Shown here: piece after piece, positions 1 through 12,948 of the stretch
How the letters are laid out: every line of letters begins with the position of its first letter
Numbering within the stretch: position 1 is the stretch's first letter
Origin: Bigelowiella natans CCMP2755
Lineage: Eukaryota; Protista; Cercozoa
Assembly: GCA_000320545.1 (NCBI GenBank)
Contig: ADNK01000224.1
Span: 1-34,577, forward strand
Direction of reading: 5' to 3'
DNA: 34,577 nucleotides
Translations under genes and position numbers: made by a program
The notes under the pieces: generated by a model
Told to the model about the DNA's origin: nothing
The model's input: only the letters and a program-made list of their open reading frames with translations
The model's database searches: none

Positions 1-345
1 AGCTCCAGCTCAAGGGCAGAGAGTACATCTTGCCCGCTGTGTATTTTCTTCTCACCGCAGCTCGGTAGCGGTTAATATTGACACGCACACACACACACAC
101 ACACACACATACACACACACACACATACACACATAAACACACAGTCGTTCCATTATCTCTCCACCATAAACCGAAGCAGCACTGACAAAGATGCAGTGTC
201 GCACTCCGTTGCCAATTATTAAATCTCACACAGAGAGAGGCTGTCGTGGGGCAGCAGCTGGAATGCCGGAACGTACGTACTCAGGCTCTAAGACTCGCCT
301 CGCTCCTTTCGCCCCCCCCCCCTCCCCCCCCTCTTTTGCCACAAA

Positions 346-381
<36 letters not shown>

Positions 382-1375
382 CTCCTCCTCCCACTACTAC
401 TACTACTACTACTCTTGCAGGTGCTGCCAGAGCGAAGCGCCCCAGATGTCCTCCGACGCCCCGTACTGCTCGATCGATCCATTGGGATACTTGACCGAGG
501 AGACGGGGACAGGGTACTTGGTATAGCCATTATTGAGAAGGCGATGCCGCTTATCGATCCGGCTAGGATCCACTGGTAGCACCATGCCGTAAGAGCTGAA
601 GCCGATCCCCATTTCGCGCGCGTCGTATTCGGATATTGGCAGCCCAAAGGTCAGGCCGGACACCGCCTGAATCATCGTAATTATGGTGGAGGGGGGGGGG
701 GGGGGGTTGATTCTGCTGTGGGGAGATGAAAACATCGAGAGCATGCATTTCTCTGTTGTTGATCGTGTTATTCTGCGCACTGAGCAGCTGAACCGTGAAA
801 ACACAAGCGGCTACTCAGCCAACGCCATAAGGCTTTCGTCTTGCTCTCTAACAACAGTGCGACTACTAATACGCCGTGGGGGAAGATGATGGGGGGGGCG
901 GGGGGGGATCCTTCCTCCCCCATCCACCTCCTCCTCCTCCCCCGCCTCCCCCTCTCCGTCCCACCGCTTGGACAGCAAATTGAGCGCCAAGAAGGGGGGC
1001 CCCGACCGCAATGTAAGTATTCACGTTCTGGCGTAGCCATTCCTTACCAGGACCCTGTAGGAGGAGTAGACGGGAGGAGAGAAAGAGAAAGAGAAAGAGA
1101 GAGAGAGAGGGGGGGGGGGAGAGGGAGGGCAGGCGGTCAAGACTAATGCCTAGAAAAGAGGCAAAAACTATGATACTCCTGTGATAGGCTACCTCGCCCA
1201 TGGTGTACTTAATCCACGCCTCAAAGTAGCGGAAGATGGGATTCCCCATTGAGTGCCCGATCACCATCAGGCCCTGCAAAACGTAAGGCCGTTGTCATTA
1301 TTTGCCATCGTCATCGTGGTGGTGGTTGTCGTTATTGTTGTTAGTAGTGGAGGGGGGTAGTAATAATAGTAGCAT

Positions 1376-1408
<33 letters not shown>

Positions 1409-1952
1409 AGGTTGCTGTAGTTGTGGTGGTGGTAGTAAGAGCTTCTCAGCGCTCAGCCCGTCAACCAGTTGGAGAGAAGGAATATGAGGAGGAGGAAGAG
1501 GAGGAGGAGGAGGAGGAGGAGCACACAAAATAAACCAACAACCTTCTGCACTAGGCGGCTCTTCGTTCCAGGATGTTTCTGACCATAATAACGGTGTTCG
1601 GTATTGACAACCATGCTGGAGGGAGAGGGGGAGGGGGAGGGGGGGATGATGGCGACGAAAGAGCGGCACGATCGGAGGACACTTCGTGATGACCGTGGCT
1701 GCCCCTCACCGCAAAAATGGAATCGAAATAAAACGGCACCTTCCTGAAGCGTCGTTCATCAGCTCGCACAGCGTTTTCGATCTTTTGGGAAAAACGCACA
1801 AAAATTACCACCCTGTCAAACATCGGCTGGGAGCTTCTTTTCATATTGCGACGGCGGCGCACGTAACGTGTTGATGCGACTTGAAAACGATGCGGCGCTC
1901 TACCTGCTCTTTCATCTTCGTGAAGAACCCATCCCTCTCCTAGATATGTGTG

Positions 1953-1999
<47 letters not shown>

Positions 2000-3155
2000 T
2001 TGTGTGTGTGTGCTCTTGTAGGCTTGCAACGTCGTTTTTTTTTTGGGAATACGGAAACTTTTGCACGGAAAGAGAGGCAGCAGCTAGGTGCGGAAATGCT
2101 TTCATCCAATAATAGTGATTCAACCCGCCCCCCCAAAAGGAAAAAACTTTTGCTCCGAGAAGGTGAAGAATCTAGGTCTATGGCATGTTTTTTGAAAAAG
2201 CATCCTCGGATTCGCAAGAGAAATCCAATATCATGAATTCTGATGTTCAACTTGTCCATATTTTCCGTTGTTCTCTCTGTTTCAAGGTGAGAGCAGTTGT
2301 GTACCTCAAGCTGAAACGGAGCAAGACGAAAATCGTATGGCGCAACCAGAAGGGTCTGGTCCGGTATGAAACTGTAGTGTTGGGAGGTTATATCAAACAG
2401 GGGAGGATGTGATGTATCATTCTGTGGTCATGCATTGGCCTCGCTTACCCCATCTCCAGAAGCATATTGATGAGGTACTTCCACACGGCGGAGAGGGGGC
2501 CGGTGAGGCGCCCCGGACTTAGTTCAGAAATGGCATCCAAGCCTTGGTCAGGTCGCACCCGACACCTGGGATTCTCAGGATCACTCTGATCTTCTGGGTT
2601 GAGCCCCATGCAGTGGATGAAGCAGCTCTTAGCCGCCAGCACCATTCCTAACGTACCAACGCGATGGTAGAAACATTTTGTTGTCACGGATGAAGGAAAA
2701 GGGGGGAGAGCGAGAGATGCGGAGGGAGCGTGGGGGATGGGGAGCGCAGATGGACACACCGACGTCGAGCCACACGTCAGAATTGAGGGTGAAGTCGAGC
2801 ACATTCCCCTAAAAATATTAAAAAAAACAAATGTAAGCTGACAAATAGGGGGGGGAGTTATGAACGCAGCGCCAACCGGGCAGTCGGTGAATGTGTAAGC
2901 CCGAAGCCTTGAAGAAGCAAATCCTAGCGCACAACATAGCAACTCAGCACTGTCTTTCTCAACTTGGGAGGAAGAGAAAAAAATTAACCTACCGGGAATG
3001 AGGAGAATGGGCATTGGGTCCTCCAGCCTCTGCTGACTTTCAATGATCTTATGCACGATCGGGCTTACCTTTTCATCCATCGACTCGGAGGCTGGAGGCG
3101 TATCGCCCAAAGTCAAGCCAGGCCACAGGCACCAGAGGAGAGCGAACGCCAACAT
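1..3155 (-). CDS. Phospholipid:sterol acyltransferase (PSAT1-like; LCAT/PDAT family), multi-exon, 3' part runs off the window start
   Basis: Manual GT-AG splicing gives signal peptide MLAFALLWCLWPGLTLG, then PILLIPG|FASSRLRAY, CFIHCMGLNPEDQSDPENPRCRVRPDQGLDAISELSPGRLTGPLSAVWK, APYDFRLAPFQLE|ERDGFF, lipase elbow GHSMGN and AVGAPLLGA. These blocks resemble plant PSAT1 as I recall it (IIPGFAS, RPDSGL.AI.EL.PG.ITGPLS.VWK, PYDWRL, HSMGN). Confidence 0.88.
1943..2012. repeat. Intronic compound microsatellite (TA)n(TG)n
   Basis: Directly visible. It is representative of dozens of intronic SSRs: (CA)n, (TAG)n, (GAT)n, (CCT)n, poly-G/C. Confidence 0.95.
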
Positions 3156-3443
3156 ATCGTCCCCACCCTAAACGACGTAATCAGAGAACTGCTCGATGAA
3201 AATCAGGATGTCCCAAAAAAGTCGGTCAGTCATCAGAAGTTTGATGTCGCACCGATCAAATTCCCATGTAAACGGGTACATTTCCTAGGATTTCCTTCAA
3301 GGCTATTTCTAAAATATCAAAACATGTGTTGTCGCATTAGATCTACTTCAAACAAAAGGTATTTACTTGCAGTATCGCGTTTGCACTGACGCAGAACGAA
3401 GATATCTCCGGGAGATTTCGCGAGACTCAGACTAGAGCTGAAA
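3156..3443. promoter_or_regulatory. Putative bidirectional promoter (PSAT1-like / glycosyltransferase)
   Basis: About 290 bp between divergent predicted starts. Positional inference only; no motif identified. Confidence 0.4.
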
Positions 3444-3654
3444 ATGAAGAATCTGTGTTGTCGCAAGAAGAGAATTGGCTGTAATTTTCTTTTGTTCGAG
3501 TACACACATGCTCCTTCCTCCTCTTGTAAGAAGAGCTCTAGAATTGGTATTAGAGTTCCATCATTTATTGCCCTCCTCCTCCCCCGAAAGACTAAAAAGA
3601 ACCAGTGGCTTTTTTTAACCTTCTACTGGTAAATGAACCTTCCTCTATGAGCGC

Positions 3655-3698
<44 letters not shown>

Positions 3699-6065
3699 AA
3701 GAGGGGGGTGTAAAGGTTAATGAGGGGGCCTTGGGAATTAGCGAAAGAAGACAAATGAATACTCATGGGGTAAGCCGCTAGTAAGACTCAACACCACCGG
3801 AGAGCTACCCCATAATTTCATTTCTATCCCGACTTCTCTTTAAAATTCTCCTCCTCCTCCTCCACCACCTCCTCCTCTTTCTTCTTCTTTTTGGTTTCAC
3901 CTCTACCCCATCCCATCTTTCATGGAAAAATTAGCACAGGCCATATAAATGTTCCGAGGGCTCAAATTTGTGACTATACTAACGGGTCGCAAATTTGTAG
4001 CGTCGATCTTGGCATGCTTATTCTGTGTCGAATTATTGTCTAAAGGCCTATGGTAAATAACTACTATTTCAAATTGACGTCCAAAACCAATCATGTCTGG
4101 TACACATCTTTGATTTTTATCTTTCAAATTTGACAATTTAAATATTATATTGGATTCTCAGAGGAAATATTTTAAACATGCGCTTTGAATTTGTTGACTA
4201 TCTTCTGCGGCAATTTCGTAGGTTTTCTCTCCTCACTGGAACATCTCCTGGAGAGTTCCACTCTCATCCATTGCTGGATGCAGAAGTGTACGACTATGTC
4301 GTCGTTGTCTGTATGGGAAAGTCAGAAGGAAAATACCTGAAAGAATGGGTTGAGCATAATCGAAGGTACAGCATCAAATAACTTAGTTTTGGTGATTCTG
4401 CGGTCTCTCATGCATTGATGTAAATATCGGCTATCTGTTATTTGATGACGGCAACACTTGTTACGATTACGTAAACGATACTAACTTTTATTGCGAACAT
4501 ACAAAATGCTGCGGTAACCATCATCATCATCACCATCATCCAGGGTTGGAGTTGACAAAATAGTATATTACGACGACACTCCACATGGAAAAGAAGGTGC
4601 GGCTCTGCCGCTGCTGCAAGATTATGTTGACAATGGATTTGTAGAGATCCACGATGCGACCAAATGGGACAATCGGTCGTTTATCTTTGCGACAGAATTT
4701 TCTATGGAGCAGGGTAGCCTATCGGCGGGTTCCATCTTTCAGCATCTATTTTATGACAAGCAACAGAAGATGCAGGTCGACATGTGGCGCAGATTTCACG
4801 ACGACAGGTTTTTCTTTTAGTTTTACTACATCAACAATTTCAACAAATTCATGTTTTCGAGGAAAATCGGAAAGGAGAAGGGTAGATGAAAGGAGGAGGA
4901 GGAGTGGGACGTGTTGACGAACTACTATTACCTTTCAGAAACTCGAGTCGCCACGTATGGATTGCTCAGCTTGATGTAGACGAGTTTTATAATCCACGAG
5001 AGGGGGCAGGAAAAGAAGGCACCGATGACATTAAGACGGTTTTGCGCTCTGCTCGAATGCAAGGGGCTAAGTCCGTTCGGGCAGCCAAAGTCGAGTTTGG
5101 ACCTAGTGGCAACTTGTACCCTCAACCAACAATCAGAGACTCGTAAGAAGAATATAAGTACTAGCACTAGTATCATGATGATAATAATGATGATGATGAT
5201 GATGGTGATGATCATGATATGTGAGAATTATGATGGAGAGATTCATTGAATAATAATAGGTATTTGGTAAGAGAAGCAATCTACGAACGCCATACTGGCT
5301 TCGCTCTTGCTTGGGCTATCACGGGAATGGCCCCTGGATGTCCTCATGTGTACATCACAAACTCCTTTCTCTTTGACGTTGCCCGTGGCAGTCACGAATG
5401 CAACAATTGGTTTGGTGATAAATACGGGGGGGAGGTGCGTTACGAGGTCATACCAATCACAAACTTGATGTATTTTCAATATGGTGGTAGGTGCATACAT
5501 TCAAATTTGAGAATAATAGTTTATATTCAAGTAATTATTTAGATGTGAATAATAAATACCCTGTTCTTTAGTTTTGTCTACGTACATGGTAGTTAATACT
5601 TTGTACGTTTCATTTTAATTTATTCAGGTGTATTACTCCCCACCTACTGAGCTTGCAGTTCACCACTACAACACTAAGTCCATCCTCGAATGTTATGAGC
5701 GTTCTGAGATCCCACATCCTGATGGAAAAATCGTTGGGCGCCATTGTTTGGGCTACAAGTATAAAGTGTGCGATGACTCAATTCTCAGATTTCTTGACAA
5801 ATATCATAGCTACTCCTCCCAAAGGAAGAAGCCTTGTGGGATTAATAACGGTAGTGCTATTTTAGACAAAGCTGATCAGATGCGATTTGACCTCCTTTCC
5901 CGACGGAAGTTCCTGGATGTGCTTGATATATGCACCAAAAAGTCGATTTCCGGGGAGGAAAAGATAGCATGTGGTATAAAGAGACCAGGCCCTAACTATA
6001 AAGGCTATGTGCCTAATTTGAATCCGGATCACTTCTACAGAGAGGGAGGAGAAGAGAAATTATAG
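3444..6065 (+). CDS. Glycosyltransferase, GT92/DUF23 or Glyco_tranf_2_4-like (GT-A fold), probable type II membrane protein
   Basis: Spliced motifs KSEGKYLKEWVEHNRR|VGVDKIVYYDD, WIAQLDVDEF (DxD), VEFGPSG and LAVHHYNTKS. Short N-terminal hydrophobic stretch WLFLTFY|WFSLLTG. Intron phases are consistent. Start codon uncertain. Confidence 0.8.
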
Positions 6066-8081
6066 TAACGAAAAAGAGAGAGAAAGGAAGGCGAACAGCG
6101 GTCAAATAAGATCGATCTCAATCACCAGATAAACAAATGACCACCAATCGCATTTTATGGCTACTTCGTGATGATACATTTATTTCCGCTCGGTTACCTA
6201 AGATTCAGGATTCGATTTATGATATAGAATTAGCGGAAAGAAACTTGTACTGCTCTATTAAATTGTGTAAAGCTAAATTGTATACATCGTAAGTTTTCGT
6301 ACGTTGTGTCACCAATTGTTAATGACATATTCGTTTTAACAAAATTCTAGATCAATTATAAACCTACATACTTTACGGTACGCCACTACTGCACATGTAC
6401 CACCATTGCACACATTCACACAAAAATGAATGAATGTGTTTAAGTAAAAATTTGTGTGTGTGTGTGTGTGTGTGTTTGTGTGTGCGCGCGCGCATGGATG
6501 CTTGTACGTGCTGCAGTGCACACATGCATCAGCAAATTGTTGTGCTCCATTTTGGGGGTTCATAGTTTTGTTCGTTTTTCAGTTCAACGTTCAATGTTGT
6601 CGCAAATCGGATCTGCACTGTGTCGTTCGCACACCACTAGCTAGCTAGATCAACACGAGCACGACCAACATTTTTGAAAAAAATACTCCGATGTTCATTC
6701 GATTTTCTTGTCCTCCTCACTGGTCAAAGTGTGACATCGAGGAGCCGAACAAGCCTAGAACTGTCACAAGGTGTCTTTCTTTTGGTGTGCGGATCTCGAG
6801 GTGATCATGTTTGGCACGTTTTGGAAGTTTTTCATTGTGTTCACAGGAACCGTTTCATTCATTTGTTCGTTCAATGCAGCACAAGAGTTCAGCACAATGG
6901 TCGTCAATTCCAGGATGCAATGACACTTTCAGTGCTCGCGACGGCATTGCCACGGCGTGTGTCATCGTGCGCGGAGCACGCGAGCCTGCTAGCCTGACAG
7001 GTGCACACGTTGTTCACGCACACTCTCTAATTGCATGACACGCGATGCCTTGCACAGCTAGACAGCCTGCACGTGATCCAGTGACGAGGTCACGCGCGTG
7101 CACGATTTGACGATTGGCTCGACGAGAACAAGTTTGTGAAGGCTGACATCGCACCTGCGCATTGCGCACACCAGCACGCTAGCACTTGTCAACAAGCTGG
7201 CAAGACCAGGGTTCATCAGCCATTTTTGCAAGAGTGTCATGTCGCAAACAGCACCAGAACAACTGGAACAATGCGATGACCAGCACAGTTCTGCACTTTT
7301 GCACACGAACATGCGCAAACGTCACGTTCAAACAGACGTGCTGTGCACACTGCAATGTTCACGTTGAGCTGAGCGCAGAACGTGTCAACATGGAAGACAA
7401 GAATGAAGTCTTGCACCTTCACAAGTGATGTGCCAGTCGTGCAACCAGATGAGCTTCAAGGAGGCGGGGGAGACAGCGTCGGCTGGAGCACGGCGGAAAG
7501 CCTGAAGCACCATGGAGATGGGTTGATGTGAGAATTTGATCTTCACTAGAAAATTAAGAAAACAAGTCGTCGCAATGAAGCAAGCGCCGCGGAATGTAGG
7601 AAGCGACTTGACTGGATTCAAGCAATTGAATGGATGGATGATGCAACTCTCAATGAAGCGCGCGCGTAGTGTGAACACAGGTGTGACTTGACTAGCGATG
7701 GTTTCGCATTGTTTTTAGCTAATTTCTCCTGGACCTGCCGGCTCAGTGCTGGATGACATTTGGGCAACTTTCGCTACGCGTTTGGTCCAAAGTTACGTGG
7801 CTCATGGATAGTTGTCGCAGGAAATTTTGTCCAAATTGCTTCCTAGTATTATTTTATTCCCTTAATTTTTCGGCCGACCGATCCGATCCAGCTCCAATGG
7901 GCGAGGACTCGGAAAGACGTGGTGAGGATATGAGAGTAGAAGATACGGGGTGGATGGGAACGGAGGGCACTCGCTGAATTCGATCCGTGACTTTGGGATA
8001 TGCTCTTGATTGCCTACATTTAGGAGTAACGCGTAATCCGGCGTCGGAATGAAATACCTCCCAGCTTCAAAGTAAAGCAAA

Positions 8082-10024
8082 ATGGCTCCCTCTCCCACGA
8101 TGGTGCCGGCCTTCTCTGGAACAAGGTGGGGTGTTCGTTCAGCGCTGATACTTGCAGCTGTGCTGGGCCTTCAAGCACGTCAAGTGAACCAGATTGGAGT
8201 CGGTATGCAACCTCAGAAGCATAACTAAAACCACTAAAATATATCACTCATCGGGCACTGCTTTCTGTTTGTCAGTTGGGAGTCAACAGCGCGGACCTGT
8301 GGAGGCAGCCATTGGATGGAACCAACATCTGGTTTCAGGTGGAAGAAGCGGTAAATGTGGCGTACAAATAACTCCGCGCCTTGGGAGGAAATCAATACAG
8401 CGAAACCTGGTGACAAAGACTGCCGTCGCGGTGCCCTTCGGAGAAGGGGAAAATGCAGCAGGTGCTTGCGTGAGAAACCCCGAGACAGCGACAACAACTG
8501 CCTGACCACTGACTGCTGGATTCAAATAGTTCCTTTTCGCCCGCTCCCTCTCTTTCTCCCTTCCCCCCCCACCTTCCCCCCTCCGTTATCTTTCTCTTTG
8601 CGCGCGCAACAGGACGGAGGCGCCGGATGGATGAAACGATGTTTTACTTCGAGGAGGACCCTCAGGAAAAGCGGCAACCGCAGCGATGGTGGAGGAGGCG
8701 TAGAGGACAGCCGAAGACCAAACCAGAAGACGTTATCATTAGAACTCGACGGGGCAGGGAACTCCCGATTCCACAGGTTAATTTTGTAACAAAGATGATC
8801 GTGAAATTTGAATATTTTGGCCAATAATGAAACACATATGATTCTTCCTCCCCCTCCCCACTTAAATTTATTGTTAAGACTCTCCGGTACTATAGCAGCG
8901 ATTGGCTAAGAATCTTAGCGGAGATGCGAGAGGTGGGTGCTGGCAATAGTATATTTGCATGGAGTAGAGAATGAGAGAGCATGTGCGAGCAACATCGTAG
9001 AGGAAATATCGTTTTGTTGTAACCCTATACACTTCTTCTTTTTCTTCTCCCTCATCTCCCTCCATGGACTAGAATAAACTGATGTGCTGTGTGCTGTGTG
9101 TGTGTGTGTGTGCAAATCTGTGTGACCTCACCGCATCATCCTCAGTCCATGATACTCAATCGGATCTTCATTATCGTCGCCTCGAACGTTGCATGGGCGG
9201 CAGCGGTCGTTCTCTTCCACAAGTTTGTCTGGGCGATTCCGACGGTACATTTAGTTATATAAATATGTATACATAAATATACTTTATTGACAGAATATTT
9301 ATTTATTTATTTATATCGTGCATGCGCCCCGCACAAAGACCGTACCTATAACGACGTCTTCGAAATATTCAGGAGCCATCAACAGGCCCTGGAATGCTCA
9401 AATCAGCGTTAGGCTATCTGCTCGTCTTCAGAACGAACTCCGCCTACAACCGATTTTGGGAGGTAGTAGCTGGAGAGGGGGGGGGGGGGGGGGGGGTAAG
9501 GAAGAGGAGGCGATGGCGGTGGGGCTTAAGTGTTTGCAATGCTTTTCGCCGCGCAACAAGGTGAATCAACGGATATGTCGTTGGGGGAGAGAATCTCGGT
9601 GTCGTCTATAGAACCGCATACGTTCTTTTTTTTTATTCGTGTTCACTTCACGACAAGATGGCCGGCTGTGGAAGAATGGACGACGTTGCTGCTGCTGCTA
9701 AGCTGACGTCTTGATGTTGTTCAGGGGCGGAAGATCTGGCAAGAGGTCGTTGATAAGTCAAGGCAGCTGGCTCGTTACATGGTGTTGTATGAGCAGGAAA
9801 TCGGGACCGAGCGCGCCCGCCAAGTAAGTTGTCCATAGACGATAGTCGCTAAATACGGCGGGGGGGGAACAGGAAAATCCTGTAGATTTAAGGCACGGAA
9901 ATGGCCACGAATCATCGGATATGGATGTCCTTTCCCCCTCAGGTGATCCGGCTTGTTCGTGCGTACTGTTTGACCCTAAAACAGCATCTGACTTCCTACG
10001 ATGCCACGGAGACCAAGGTGCTGC

Positions 10025-10062
<38 letters not shown>

Positions 10063-10310
10063 GTGGTGGTGGTGATGGTGGTGTGTTTTAAGGGAGGAGT
10101 ACAGCTTAGAAGAGTATAGAGAAGCGCCTTGGAAGACTTCGGGGAAATAGAGCACGTTGTGGGTGTTGGTTCAAGATGCAGCATCTCCTTCCGCCATGGT
10201 GTGCTTTACTCCTTCTCTCTGCTCCTCCTCTGTTTCCCCCTTCCAAACAGTACATCGAGGAGGAGCTGTTAACTAAAGAGGAGGCTGAGAGCTTACGAAG
10301 GTCGTAGTCG

Positions 10311-10343
<33 letters not shown>

Positions 10344-10870
10344 ATAAGTAGCTAATTCACATTTTCAAGTGTCATTTATTAGCAGCTAAAGGCGCGCAAA
10401 AGAAGCCGCAATGATCATTTCAGACACTTCCCCATCATGCACTGACCCAACGGGAAAAGACAAGCTAGAATGGTGGTGGGGGTGGTGGTGATGGTGATGG
10501 TAATGAGGATGATGATCATCATCATCACTTGGCAAGGCTGTCGCGAAATCAATACCCTCATCACGTTATCGTGAATATACGAATGGCCTCAACGTCTAAA
10601 TCGATATCCTACTTCATCAATCAGCTGGAAAAGAGCACGGCCATTGTTCATCGCAGGCCGTCTGGAAATGCTCTTGCAGCACTCCCCGTTTGAAGGGATA
10701 TTTAGAGGTGCTCTCCAGAACAACAGCCTCGCAATGATTTCGGCATGCTTCTGCGGCAGCGAGCATTAGCATGGAGGCTTTTCCCCCAAATCGATATGGA
10801 ATCCCGCACACTGCCCGCACTGGGAGTACATTGAGATAACCACTGCTACCACTGCTACGGCTGGGACTAG

Positions 10871-10931
<61 letters not shown>

Positions 10932-11365
10932 TGGTGTGTGAGAGTGTGATGCTCAGTCGTATCTCCGTCTCACGTTTTCCCCCCCCCCCCCCCCCCTCTC
11001 TCCCCCTCCCTCTCTCTCTACAGGGGAAGACCGGCTAACTGTAGTTGGCGTGGCGAGGGATATAGGAGGGACCCTGGCCTCGTGCGAGAGAATCGTATGC
11101 TGCCAAATATACGAATGATGATGATGGTTGATGATTGATGACGATAGTGAGCGCGAGCCTGAGTTGAATGAGCGTTTGTATGGGACGCTGACAGCGATAT
11201 CGCACACTCAGGTTCAAACGCCAATACCACTCAACTACGCCCGTCACACTAGCCGGTTTCTCACTCTCTGGATCATGCTCCTGTAAGTAGAGGGAGGGAG
11301 AGAAGGATGGGGCTCTTCTCCCATTTTCGTCTTTGTCACCGAGACGCTTCATGAGCTCCACTGTC

Positions 11366-11407
<42 letters not shown>

Positions 11408-11960
11408 GTGCTGTGTTTGTGCTCCCTCCTGTTGGTGTTATTGTCGGACCAGGCCGGTGACGATGGTGGGGGATCTTGGCTGGCTGGCTCTGCCGGTCAC
11501 GGCGTTTGTAACATGGGCGTTCTTTGCCATTCAGGAAATAGGCCTTGTGATAGGTAGAAGTAGGTAGCAAAAAAAGGAAAGTGAAAATGCGTTTTCTAAA
11601 GTACCACGAAAGGGACCGGAGATTTTGTCCTTTCTCTCCGTTTCGTTTCAAGCATGCTTGCCACACAGAGCAAATAGTCTTTCTTTGGAGATATTGATCG
11701 TAGCCGCGTGTTTTTTGTTTTTTGCATTGGTCATCATCATCATCAAAGTCAAATTGATAATAATGCATGCATCGTCATCAGAGGAGCCGTTCTCCGTCAA
11801 CTACCTCCCCCTCAATGTCTTCTGCCGAAGCATATTCGAGGATACAGAAACGGAGTTGGCGTTGCTAGGGGGTGATGAGGGAGGGGACAATGCGACGGCG
11901 CACGATGGTGTGCACCCCCACCGCAATTTCCCATCAACGGCAATGCCCCCGTTTTTCTAA
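8082..11960 (+). CDS. Bestrophin-like anion channel (UPF0187/VCCN/BST type) with putative bipartite plastid-targeting leader, about 14 exons
   Basis: Spliced motifs ALGYLLVFRTNSAYNRFWE|GRKIW, SCERI|VQTPIPLNYARHTSRFLTLW and FAIQEIGLVI|EEPF. N-terminal hydrophobic segment SALILAAVLGLQA is followed by an R/K/S-rich segment. The first intron donor is not firmly resolved. Confidence 0.9.
10871..10929. repeat. Intronic compound microsatellite (AT)n(GT)n
   Basis: Directly visible inside a bestrophin intron. Confidence 0.95.
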
Positions 11961-12869
11961 GTGTTTGCTGAGAGAGGATGGGGAAAGGAATGGCGTCAAC
12001 GGGCGAAGAATGTAAGATTCAGAAGGATGTAAAGAATAAATAACCTGTAAAGATCAATCGGGGAACAGCCTCAACAGTTGCATGTTTGATGCGCTTGTTG
12101 ATGCATTTTGCATTTGTGGACGCGAAAAATTGAACTCATTTTGTGAACAATATAGCAGCACCTAGCCATCTATTTGACTCACATACGTATCCATGCGTAA
12201 TGTTCATGTAAGTATAGCTCATCAATGCACGATGTAAAGCAATTGCTAACATAACGCCGAAAGCGTGCGTTGCATGTGTACTACATCGGTGGCATCAGAT
12301 GCATGAATAAACGACGGCAACACACAGAATCGAAATATAGAAACTAGGAGCTGTCATCATAGATATGCACCACAATTGATTTAGAGTGTATTGACTATTA
12401 CCTTAAAGTTTCCACGATTGTTGCTGGAAGCAGCATGCAACAAATAAAGATATCTACATTGAGAACCCTCGCAAGTTTCTCACATATTGCGCTCTCCGTT
12501 TGTGCTAGAGACTATGGCAACAAAGGACCCCACACTCAGGAGGCCAAAGAATAGAGTAATGGGCTTCACCTCTACCCGCCCTATGGCAGCAAGTTGGAAG
12601 GTTCCCAACAATACAAAAAAGAACTGCACGATGCCTCATTAACACGAGGAGGTTTGCGGGCTGTGCTCAAACGATGTTGCGTATAAGGCTTCCAAGTTCT
12701 TTGCACACGAAACCCCAACTGAAGGTAGAATGTGGATGACTCTAGCTACGGCAAGGGAGAGCGAAGTGAGAAAGTTCAGTCTTGTTCATCTCTTTCGAAG
12801 GGAGGAAGAGCACGTGGATTTCCGAACAAGACGTGCAATGCTCGCTTGATGTGCTGCAAAAAAACCATC

Positions 12870-12913
12870 ATGATGAGGACGACGTCTAATACACACAAGC
12901 AGGTATGCACACA

Positions 12914-12948
<35 letters not shown>

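Noticed and set aside
191-1669. Poly-Tyr, Thr, Ser, Leu and Pro ORFs
   Set aside because: Translations of intronic microsatellites within the minus-strand acyltransferase gene.
3765-3813. atggggta...taccccat stem in a long intron as a possible snoRNA or miRNA
   Set aside because: Only an 8-bp stem, with no convincing C/D or H/ACA boxes.
6686-7553. Classical CpG methylation decay or fungal RIP as the cause of the TG/CA excess
   Set aside because: CpG is abundant here, and TpA, the RIP product, is the missing dinucleotide.
6336-7678. Cluster of Cys/His-rich ORFs on both strands
   Set aside because: By-product of TpA loss, which removes TAA/TAG stops and Tyr codons. No recognisable domain.
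12490-12860. Coding-like stretch upstream of the renalase-like gene
   Set aside because: All frames I tried hit stops quickly and no motif is recognisable. It may be UTR or a decayed fragment.
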